DNA from: Microbotryum violaceum
Taxonomy: Eukaryota
Reading direction: 5' to 3'
Assembly: GCA_001244265.2 (NCBI GenBank)
Contig: CDLV01000019.1
Location: 372,001-436,000, forward strand
Length of the DNA stretch: 64,000 bases
The notes under the pieces were generated by a model, which was not told the DNA's origin, did not search any database, and saw only the letters and a program-made list of their open reading frames with translations. Below, piece after piece: positions 26,335 through 37,595 of the stretch. Position numbers and translations under genes: made by a program. Positions within the stretch are counted from its first letter, which is position 1. The number at the start of each line of letters is the position of its first letter.

Positions 26335-29300
26335 ATGTGAGTGCACGTGCAACTGTGCCTGTGCTCATCGAGTGCTGGTACTGACCCTGACCCTTTACCC
26401 CTTTACCTGATTGTTGCTTTCCCTAGGGATGACTATGGTAAGCCACTTGCATTGTCACGCCCCATCGGGAACGGACCGACTCCCACCCATCCGCACCTCC
26501 ACACCTCCCCACCCTACCCATACCCACACTCATACCTAAAGATCTGACCACATCCCCCCCCCCCCCCACAGATGAATTCGGAAACTACATCGGCGCCGAC
26601 CTCGATTCAGGCTCGGAATCCGGCTCTGATGCTGCCCCTCTCCACGACGACGACGAGCACTTACCGCCCCATTCAACAGAGGCCACCACTTGCGCACCGC
26701 TCAAGCCTTACGATGAGGATGAGCACGAGCCTTTACCGGCGATGGAAGTCGATGGTCAGTACTCGTTTGCTCTTGCTCTTGGGCCCTGGAATCAGCAACG
26801 GTCGCGACCGGCGGGCGCGTAAAGGCCCAGTGACCTTGGACATCTCACCACCGCCAGCTGGTCGTCGACCTCCATCCCTGAGCCCCTCACCGACCCTACA
26901 GCGATCCGTGTTCAAAGCTGCATAGCTGACACGCACCAACCTACCCCCGCTGCGTGCAGATATCCCCTCGTCGAACGCCGTCATTCTCCACGACGACAAG
27001 ACCTACTACCCCTCCGCATCGGCCATTTACGGCGAAGGCGTCGAAACCATGGTCCAGGAAGAAGATGCGCAGCCCTTGTCGAAGCCCATCATCGAGCCGA
27101 TCAAGATCCGAAACTTTCGCGCCGGCACCACCGAAGGACCCGAGCGGAGATGGGACGACGAGTCAGTACACCCTACCCGCTCATGTCCGTCTTTTCGAGA
27201 CTTTTTGAGGCTGAACCGAACGATACACTCTCCGACAGCTTCATGTTGATGCTCGCTTCCAACGCCGACATGATCCGCAACGTCGCCGTCGTCGGTCACC
27301 TCCACCACGGCAAAACCTCGCTCATCGACATGCTCGTCACCGAATCGCACAAGATCGACATCGAGGCCGACCGACCGTTGCGCTTCACCGACACCCACTC
27401 CTTGGCCGAGGCGAGGAACATCTCGATCAAATCCAGCCCCGTTTCGCTCGTCTTACCCAACTCGAGGGGCAAGCACTACCTCGTCAACCTGATCGATACC
27501 CCCGGCCATGTCAACTTCATCGACGAGGTCGCGAGTGGGATCAGGATCGCCGACGCCGCTGTCGTGGTCGTTGATGCGGTCGAGGGGGTCATGTTAACCA
27601 CCACGACCGCGGTGCAACACCTCGTCGCGGCCGGGGTACCCATCACGTGCGTCGTGCGCGTCCAGATCAAAGTTGACCTTTTGACCGAGCGAAAGCTGAC
27701 TCACCCCAAAACCGGCTTGCACAGTCTCGTCGTCAACAAGGTCGACCGACTGATCCTCGAACTGCGACTACCACCGGCTGACGCCTACTTCAAATTGAAG
27801 CAAACGATCGAAGAGGTCAACACCGTAATCAGCGAGATCAACCCGGATCCGAAACTACGCGTCTCGCCCGAATTGGGTAACGTTTCGTTCGCTTCTGCTC
27901 AGATGGCTTGGTGCTTCACCCTCAAATCGTTCGCCAAACTCTACGCCGATACCTATGGCCCCTTTGCATCGAAATCGACCGCGCCCGAAGAATCGTTCGA
28001 CCCGAGTCGACCCCCGCAAATTCCCTTTGATATGGATCAATTCGCGGCGCGTTTATGGGGCAATATTTTCTTTGACCCCGAAACACGAAAGTTTCATCGC
28101 CAGGCCGGGCGGGGTGAATCGAGGCGCGCGTTCGAGTATTTCATCCTCGAGCCTTTGTACAAACTCTATTCGCAGGTCTTGGGGGAGGACGTCGAGACTT
28201 TGAAGGCGACGTTGAAGGGCTTGGGGATCGTGTTGAAGGAGGCTGTGTACAAGATGGACGTGAGACCTTTGTTGAGGATGGTCATGAGTCAATTCTTTGG
28301 CAAGTCGACGGGCTTGGTTGATATGCTGGTCGATCATGTGCCGAGTCCGATCGAGGGGGCACGGCTAAAGGTGAGTGAGAAACGGACGCTTGGCTGTAGA
28401 TACGAGGCTGACAGATGTCGGTCATATGTCGTTGCACCAGGTCGAGACGACATACACAGGCTCGATCGAATCAACACTGGCCAAGGCCATGCTGACATGC
28501 GATCCCAAAGGCCCTCTGGCCATTCAGATCGTCAAACTGTACCCGACACCGGACGCGAGCGAGTTCCGAGCGTTCGGTCGCATCATGTCGGGCACGGTCA
28601 CATCGGGGATGGAGGTCAAAGTGCTTGGAGAAGGGTATTCACCCGAGGACGAAGAGGACATGGTCACGCAAAAAGTCTCGGGAGTCTACGTCTGCGAGTC
28701 GCGCTACGACATCCCCGTCGACGGGCTACCCGCCGGTAACTTCGTCTTGCTCTCTGGGGTCGACCATTCGATCACCAAGACGGCGACATTGGTGGAAGCC
28801 GACTCGAACGATGACGAGGTTCGCATCTTTGCGCCGATCAAACATCTCACTCAATCGGTCCTCAAAATCGCCGTCGAACCCATGGTCCCTTCCGAACTCC
28901 CTAAAATGCTCGACGGTCTACGCAAGATCAACAAGACGTACCCCTTGATCGAAACCCGTGTTGAAGAATCGGGCGAACACATCCTCTTGGGTACAGGTGA
29001 ACTGTACCTCGATTGCGTGATGCACGACTTGCGCAAGATCTTTGCCGAGATCGATATCAAGGTCTCGGACCCGGTCGTCAAGTTTTGCGAAACGGTCGTC
29101 GAAACCTCGGCGCTCAAATGCTATGCCGATACCCCCAACAAAAAGTAAGTGAGAGGGTTGATCATCCAGTTAGGTTTTCGCCGCTGGAGCTAATGGCTCG
29201 CGCACTCGACTCTTTTAACAGAAACAAAATTACCATGATCGCCGAGCCTTTGGAGAAGGGGATCGCGGAGGATATTGAATCGGGGCGGGTGTCGATCCGT

Positions 29301-30168
29301 ATGCCACCGAAGCAATTGGGCGCCCATTTCCAAAAAGAGTATGGGTGGGACTTGCTCGCCTCGCGCTCGATCTGGGCCTTTGGACCGGACGAACAAGGCC
29401 CCAACATCCTCATGGACGATACCTTGCCTTCGGACGTGGACAAGAAGCTCTTGTACAGCGTCAAGGAATCGATCAAGCAAGGTTTCCAATGGGGTTGTCG
29501 CGAGGGACCCTTGTGCGACGAACCGATAAGGAACGTCAAGTTTAGGTTGTTGGGAGCCGATTTGGCGCAGGAACCGATTTATCGAGGTGGGGGTCAGATC
29601 ATCCCTAGTGCGAGGAGGGTGTGCTATTCTTCTTTCTTGATGGCCACACCGAGGTTGCAGGAGGTGAGTTGTTCTCACTGGTCCTTCCTTTGAGCACAGC
29701 AACTGTGCTGAACTTTTCTCTCCTTGGTCCCTGCAGCCGGTTTACTTTGTCGAGATCCAAGCGCCACAAGACTGCGTCCCAGCGATCTACGAAGTCCTTG
29801 CGCGTCGTCGAGGCCACGTGACCAAGGACCTACCCAAACCCGGATCACCGCTCTACACCGTACAAGCCTACATCCCCGTCGTCGATGCGAACGGTTTCGA
29901 AACCGATTTACGAACCCATACGTTGGGTCAAGCGTTCTGTCTGCAAACGTTCGACCATTGGTCCGTTTGCCCCGGTGATCCATTGGACAAGACGATCGTT
30001 CTCAGACCTTTAGAACCGGCGCCACCTCAACACTTGGCGAGGGACTTTGTTCTGAAAACGAGACGTCGTAAAGGGTTGAACGATCAGATTTCGTTGACCA
30101 AATATTTGGAGAATGAGATGGTCGTCGCGTTGAGCGCTTCGGGCGTGTTGGATCCTTTGTTACTTTAA
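26335..30168 (+). CDS. SNU114: U5 snRNP GTPase Snu114/EFTUD2
   Basis: [115 protein letters not shown]. Confidence 0.97.
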
Positions 30169-30374
30169 AAAACTACTCCCCCCAAGAGGGAGCATTCGCT
30201 ATGAGGGGCGCTTGCTCGGTCCTTGGGAGCTTCGTGGAATGGAATCTGAAGCAGATTATTGCTGTATTTGTTGATTACCTTTGAACGCGAACGAAGCCCG
30301 GAACTCGGTGCCGAGGTTGGGAGAGAGGTCACGCAACCTATCCGGAGAAAAGAACGTCATGTTGTGGGTTGGTT

Positions 30375-30376
<2 letters not shown>

Positions 30377-30408
<32 letters not shown>
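30377..30408. repeat. Poly(T)32 tract between the convergent 3' ends of SNU114 and RidA
   Basis: Homopolymer seen directly. Confidence 0.9.
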
Positions 30409-30454
30409 CATTTCAGAAAAATCACTCCTCTTCCTGTTGATGATGAAAAGGTGG

Positions 30455-31435
30455 CTACTTGGAAACGACGGCGATCGCCTCGATCTCGAACAAGACGTCG
30501 AGAGGTAACCTTGCGACCTGGGGTTGGACACGAACGAACAGAAGGTCAGGTCAAAGATGAGCGAGGAGGAGGAGGGATGTGAAGGAAACGAACCTCGACG
30601 CAGGATCGGGCCGGTTTGTGATCACCGAAGTGAGCGGCATAGACGGCGTTGATCTGAGCGCGAGTAAGATAAAAGAGGAAAGGTCGTGAGTGGTCGATGG
30701 GGTTACAGAGTGAGTAGGGTACAAGTCGGAACGCACCTTGCCAAAGTCGTTCTGTGTGGGGTTGGGGACGGTGGAGTGGGGGGGGAGGGGGCCAATCAAG
30801 AGGGGGTCAGACTGTGAAATCATACCATGCAGACTGATTGTGAAGCTAGGTGTATTACTGACCATATCCTTGATGACTATTTGCTCAAAATCGACACCCC
30901 CCCACTCGAAGTCATCAGCGACAGCGATCTCCGAGTCTGACTCGGAGGACAGGACGGAGAGCTGCGGACTTACAAACGGTGGTCTTGACGATGCTCGTCA
31001 AAGGCACACCCGAAGCCTCAGCGACGGCACTCATGTTCTTCAAAGCTTGTTTCTACCCCAGTTCGAGCAAGACATACGTTCAGACGGGGAGAACATTAGC
31101 CCCTTTCCGTGCGCTCACCCCTCTCTCTTCGCCCGGAAGCTTGGAAGGAATCAGCAACTGACCGCTTGTTCCTCCACACCCCCGTCAACGACCTTTTTGG
31201 TCTCGGGATCGACGGGGATCGAACCGGAGAAGAAGACGAATTGTTCGGTCTTGATCGCTTGCGAGTAAGGGCCGACCGCGGCGGGCGCGTGCGGCGTCGA
31301 GACGGTGGTGAAGGACATCTTGCGACGGCTGAGCAGAGGGACTTGGGTTGACTGATGGATTTGAGAGGGGGGAAGGGTGAGTGAGGTATTAGTGAGATTG
31401 TTGGTTTGGATGGTGCTTACAACGCGGCGGAACAT
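30455..31435 (-). CDS. RidA/YjgF/YER057c/UK114 imine deaminase (Mmf1/Hmf1-like) with putative N-terminal presequence
   Basis: APAAVGPYSQAIK, FFSGSIPVDP, QALKNM, IVKTT, NDFGKV, HKPARSCVE, LPLDVLFEIEAIAVVSK*. In-frame ATGs at 31435 and 31318. Confidence 0.9.
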
Positions 31436-31909
31436 GCACGGTGCAGCGCAAGAGGCCAAGACGGTCCTCGTGTGGGGCCGCCCGGGAGCGCTCTCGGAGT
31501 TGCCAAACGAAAGAGGCTTAGGGGGCATCCTTTACTTCATCTACCTGACGAAAAGGATCTTGGGCGTCTCTAACAGGCTTCTGAGTAATTCTTTTTTTGA
31601 ATGCGATGTGCACCTCTGATGCTGTCACGTCGGGCATATATCGATCGCCGCACATTCAATCGCCCCGGAGTGACGAGATATCTTCCGGTGTTGAAAAGTC
31701 GGCGAGGTTTACCGAGCTTGATTAAGTAGTTATGATTATCCCTGAATACGCACAGACAATCTCTAGAAATCTTTAAACTCGTTCAAGTGCTCCCGGCCCT
31801 AGGACCGACTCGAACTCGTATCCACTGCTATTAGAAAACCTGGGCCCCCTCTTCTCGCAGATCCGGCGCAGCAACCGGTGGTGCGAGGGGGTGCTTTTCA
31901 CCAAGACTT

Positions 31910-33246
31910 TTAGTGAGAGTGACCCCCAGCAGCAGCCTCTTCGGCTTTGGCCTGCTCCATGGAGACCGTGCAGCCGTTAGGGGCAAAAGCGACGTCGCGA
32001 GCGTACGCGTCCAGAGCGCTGCGCAAAAAGTGAGTACAAGCGCGTCGAGTCAGTCTCTTGACCCTAGACGGAGGAATTTTGCGCAGTGTGGATGACTTAC
32101 AAGAATTGAAAAGTGTCAGAATTGAATGCAGCGAGGGAGTTGTTCGTCGAAGCTAGCCTGAGGCTTTCGGCGTAGCCCTCCGCTGAAGGATCGAGTTTGA
32201 GGAGGGTCGTGATTAGCCGAGCAAGGCCCGAACACGGGAGCTCCACTTTGCCTTCGGAGACTCACCAGTGTGGTCGACGTGGCCAAAGGTAACGGAAGGT
32301 ACATGGGTCAAGCGATGCACTGTGATCGTCAGAGTCTCAGGGAGCTCAGTGAGGCTCTCCCCATACCACAGCGATAAAAGACTGACTGAGGTCTGCACCG
32401 AGGTAATGGCTCGGGTTGCCACTGCCGATCAGCCTACCGTCCCAGCAGAGCTCGGAGAGGGAGACGCGATTCGACACGTTAACTTTTCAATCATACAGAT
32501 ACACTCGGAAGATCAGTACGGCCGAATGCACGGCGGTGCCAACGCTTCCAGACCGATGTGGAAGTACGCACAAGAAGGTGGGCAGATGACGGTTTCGTGC
32601 GACGCATTCTTTCCGCGGTAGTGACCGGCTGGCATTGCAAAAGAACCAAACCACAACGTCAGCTCTCGCACAGTCATGCTGAAGCTACTGAGAGGCGTCC
32701 TCTCTCACCCCAAGGTCCCTCAGCAGTACTCTGAGTGGCACAGTTTTTATCGGGGTCGTCGCAGCGCAAGATGACTCCTGCCTTGTTGCCGAGAGCGATT
32801 TGCGAATAATATCCAATCACCGAAGATGCAGGAGCGTTGCCGAAGTAGGTACTGTCCGACAGGAAAAGACAACTCTGAATTTTGTAAGCATTCGCAATAG
32901 CAATAGCGGGGAAGGGGATGAGACATATATAGACTTACACATAAAGTTCATCCGTCTCGCCCCTTTCCAACAACCTCTCCTTGGCATGATTCGCTAGCTC
33001 GAGCATCTCCTCCAATCCCTGACGCAAATGATGAGTCTGCGCGACCGAGCAACTTTCAAGAATCGTCACTTCCGTCGTGAAAGAAGTGCTGGTTGAGGTG
33101 TTTTGGGAAGAATGTTTGTCGGAAGTCGAGTGATGGGCGTGGCGCTTGAAGAAGGCCGGGGGAGGAGCTGGCGAGGCGGACCGGGCGGGAGCTCCACTCA
33201 CTCCCAGGGAGAGGAGGACGCTCGAGAGGAGGAATGAAAGACGCAT
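31910..33246 (-). CDS. Secreted Pra1/Aspf2/Zps1-family zinc-binding protein (HRXXH domain)
   Basis: Signal peptide; YFGNAP...IG; LRCDDPDKNC; AGHYRGKNASHETVIC; ADLMHRLTHVPSV...HVDH; NSDTFQFFALDAYARDVAFAPNGC...GHSH*. Confidence 0.9.
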
Positions 33247-33988
33247 TGCGGAGCAGAACGGGTTGAAAACCAAATATGAGCACAAAGCTAAAAGTGCGTT
33301 TAAGCGATGTACAGAAGATCAAGGAACCTTCCTTCTCCCACCATCGAGGTATCTCTCTGCGAAACTCGCGAGCTGAGGAGGCCCGTGAACCGAGCATCCA
33401 GCTCCAAAACATTTTTTGGGTCGTTCAACGTTGACCGCCAGGGTACTCGTGACGAGTATGTGTTTGGCCAAGACTTGCTCGGCCAGGGATCCATGTAAAG
33501 AGCTGAGGGGATTGGTCAATCGATGGGACCGGTCATGCGCTTCGAACATCAATCAGGAGGTAGGAGGACCTTCCTGGTCGCAGCTATGCGCTGAGTACTA
33601 GCGCTGAGTCGTACATCCGTTCGCCTCGTCGCCGGTTTGCGGGTCTCCAAGGGCAGATCTCAAGTCACTCGGCCTCGGGCCGCATGCAAAAAATAAATCA
33701 TTTTGCACCAACAAAGAACAAACTCAAATTGCTAGAACTAATATATATATATATACCTACTTGCACCTTCCACACCAATCACACGTATAGAAAGACAAAG
33801 CTGCAAGCTACAACTTGAAGGTGGTGGGAGTAAGAAAGAAAAGACCACACATATACACGCATAGTTGAAGTAGAAGTAGAAACAGCACCCAACACTGGAA
33901 CCTACAGAAAGGGTGTAGCTCGATGAGAAGATGGAAGAAAACAAGGAAAGACTGAAATGAAACACGACAACCGAACACCTTCCGCGAC

Positions 33989-36866
33989 TCAATACGGCTG
34001 CCCCCTCGCGCTTCTCTCCTCGACCCTCCCCAAAGCCCGACTCAGACTCCTACTCTGACTCCTCAGCCCTTCTCTACTCCCCGTCCGATTCCGACTCGAT
34101 TCCCTAACTCGACTTCTACCCCTCGCTCCAGCTCCACTCGTCCCCGTCGTATCGACGCTGGTCTCCCTCCCTCGACTCGCACTGCGCGAGGAACAGACAC
34201 TTCCATTCTGCGTTTGCGTCTGACTCTGACTCTGACTCTGTCGTCGTTCTTCCCTTCCTCGTTCCCACCTCAACTTCCGATCCTCCTTCTCGAGGTTTGA
34301 CCTCTCGACCGATCGCGTACGAGCCGAGATACCTAAATGCTTGACCGCCGCCGACGAACGACTGGACGATCTCGTCGCCTTCCTTACAGCCGAAGGTGAC
34401 CTCGATGAAGAGGACGTCGATTCCTGATCGGTCTTACCGAGGGGTAACAAACTTCTTCTCCCACTCTGTCGTCCTCTCGAAGGTGTAGGAGGAGGGTCGT
34501 AAAACGCTCGCAACCATCTCGATTCCCTGATCCTCCCGACGTCCCAACGTTGCGTAGGATCGAAACATAAACAACCTTGCAAGACTTCGATGACGTCCTC
34601 GTCCAATTTGGGGCTTGAAGGGGGTATTTCCCAAATCCCTTTCATGATCTTGCTTCTCAATCGAGGTTCATACTCATCGATGAAGGGGAGCGAGCCGAAG
34701 ACGAGGGCGTAGAGGACGCAGCCTAGGGCCCAAATATCGATCGAGGGGGAGAGGATCGGGGTTGGTGAGGCCATTTGTTCGGGTGAACAATATGGTAACG
34801 ATCCGGCGGGATGGAGGTGTTCGGCAATGGCGTCAAAGAGTGGGGCGGCTGCTCCATGGTTCAAGGAGGCCGATCGATCCGAGGCGTGGGCGTGATGATG
34901 GTGGTGATGATGATGATCGGGCCTCGAGACGGAGTTGGCACGAGACAGACTGGCGAGCGATTGTCCCGGCGTGATCGATCCATACCCATGCGTCGAAAGT
35001 CCCCCTCCTTTGGTAGGTGATGCTGGTCTAGGCGGTTCGGGTAAAGTCGCATAAGCCGAAAGCAGCGATTCGGCCAAGCCGAAATCCGCGATCTTCCAAG
35101 TTTGATCCTTTTCGTCGAACAAGATGTTCTCCAACTTGATGTCGCGGTGGAGCACGCGCGCATCGACGTGGAGGTAGTACAAGCCTTCGACGAGTTGCGC
35201 AAAGATGGGCAAGACGACACGTGGTAATAGACCGACTCGTGTCGGGGTAGTATCCTCGTTCTGTGCATCACCAAACCCTGGGCCGATCGATGATCTCGAC
35301 TTGGGCTTGTTGCGATCTCCCCTAAGCGCGGCAGTGACCCCTCCAGCATTCAAGTACTCTAACAGTGTCCCACCCTCACAGATTGGCATAAAGATGTATG
35401 TGAAATCGTCGGTCCTCGTCGTCGTCAACAAGTTGAGCAAATTCGGATGGCGTGCAAGTTGTTGCCACAGGTGAATTTCCCTCGCTAAGAGCGACTCGAT
35501 GAAAGAAGACTTCGGTTCCATCTCTGGCTCCGGGGTCGGTTTCGGTGAATCGTTCAGTTGGAGGGATGCGAAAGCCGATTGATTCGCTGCGCTTTGTTTA
35601 TCGGGGGAAGGGACCGGCGACGAGGTCGATCGATGACGTTCCCTTTCGAAATTGGACAACCTACGATCCCTAGCTGGGAGTCGATACCCACTCGCGCTTC
35701 TTCTCAAAGCCTCTCCGACGATCGACACCGGTTCCTGTACGAACGCTCCCGCCGACTGCGCATGCCCCAGCAACTGGTGTCGAATGATCTTGACGGCGAC
35801 TTTCTCGGGCTCGCCCGTACTCGACCCCTTGACGCGAGTCGCTTCACGAACGACGCCGAAAGCGCCTTGACCGAGTTGTCGTCCGAGCGTATAGCCACCA
35901 ATGACGAACCCTTCCTCGTCCCCCGCTCTGAGCATGCCGAAGCTCGTCGAAGGTCCATTGGCGGATCCGCTGGGTGAGAAGGACGAAAGCCAAGATGCAG
36001 CGGGAGAGACGGGTCCCGTGCCCGTCGTGGTCGTGGTCGAGGTCGAAGAGGCGCGGGATCGAGAGATGGGAATCCCACGTGCCCTCGCTGGGATGGCGAC
36101 CTCGGAAGAATGACCTGGCAGCGGTGACGTTTGGTTCGAGCTGATTTCAGCCGTAGTTGAAGGGGGAGCGGGTGCGCCCGATGATCCAACCCTAAGCCGA
36201 TTGAACGAGGCCTTGGTACGGGTCGTCGGATGAAGCGGGACTGATCGGGAGGACGATGCCCCTAGCTCTTCGCCCTGAGTGATGGTGATGAGTGCAGTAG
36301 GAGCTGGTGGCAAGGTAGTTGAATTAGGTGCGGAAGATGTGGAAGTCTGCGAGCCAAGCGTAGAATTGGCTCAGTGTACGGCCTCCCTCAAGTCACGTGC
36401 CCGAACCCCACGCCGAGTGACGAACCTGATGATCCTGCATCATGACATCCCCATCATCGTCCCTACCCGGACTGAAGCCCCTGCCGACAAACATCGAAGG
36501 AGGACTGGTGGCCATCACACTACTACTGCCCTGATCGACCAGGCTGCCTTCCCTGGACCTCTCGCTCGTGCCTTGACTACTTGCTCCCGTACTCGCCTTC
36601 CTCGTCCGGACCATCAAACCTCTGGGGTCGTACAGAGGAACGTCGTCATCGTTTTGGTGTAGTGGGTCGGGCATGTTGAAAAGCGGCTTCCTGCCTCCGC
36701 CTGTGGATCGACTGAGTTGGGAAGACGACGAAGCGGCGGAAGGGGACGAAGGCGGAGGTGGGGAGGAGAAGGCCGTGCGAGATGCCGAAGGTTCATGATG
36801 CTGGTTGTTGTTGTTGCTGCTGTTGTTGTTACGGAAGTAGACGGTCGACGTATCTTGCCATGCCAT
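33989..36866 (-). CDS. CAMK-group Ser/Thr protein kinase (Nnk1-like) with long inserts
   Basis: LGQGAFGVV, VAVKII, HRDIKLENIL, IADFGLA, GSLPYCSPE, DIWALGCVLYALVFGSLPF; RS-rich tail. The subfamily call is tentative. Confidence 0.85.
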
Positions 36867-37595
36867 GGACCCTGTGCGTGGCAAATGGAACTGCTGACCT
36901 CGAAGCTGTGGTCGTCGTAAGCGGCGGAGGTGGTGGGGTAAAGAGGAGAAGCGACCGGTGCGACCAGTTTCGGGGTCAGCTGACAATTGCCCGAAACGAG
37001 CCTAACGCGCTCTTTAAAACGCCAGCGAGCGCCGACCGGTGACGCGGTGACGGACGGACATAGCGCGATGACCGATGACCGGTCAGACTGGCCACTGCTG
37101 GTGGAGGTCAAGGTGATCGTGCTGCGGCAACTCACCTTCTGTCAGTAGGCTTGGCTTAGCAGGAACAAGAAGTTGGTAGCGGTGTAAAAGAAGCCGAACT
37201 TGGTCGCGTCAAACTGCTTGCAAGTGAAGTGGCACGGTCGAAGGTAGTGAAAGGCCTGAAAAGGGAGCTAAGGCGCACCGCTCCAGAGAGTCCGGGGGCG
37301 GAACAAAAGCTCCAAACCCGGAGCGATTGCGAGGGGATCATCATTACTGGGGAAGGTTAGCAAAGCTTACCTAGTCAGATGGAGAGGAGGGTTTTTTTTT
37401 TTTGACGTGGTCTGGATGACATTCCCAAGGGTGATTTCTGAGATATACCGAGGCTAGTGTCATCAATCATGACAAGGAGACCCCTCCTAGTCACTCCTTC
37501 GTGGGAAATTAGGTGGTACAGCGTTCCACCCCCGGGGTTCAATCCCAACTCCTCAATGCGTGGCACGATCCACTTGATTGCACCATCCTGGTACC

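Noticed and set aside
30176-30229. SECIS element
   Set aside because: ATGA lies in the loop rather than in a GA quartet, and the reconstructed SNU114 has no in-frame TGA.
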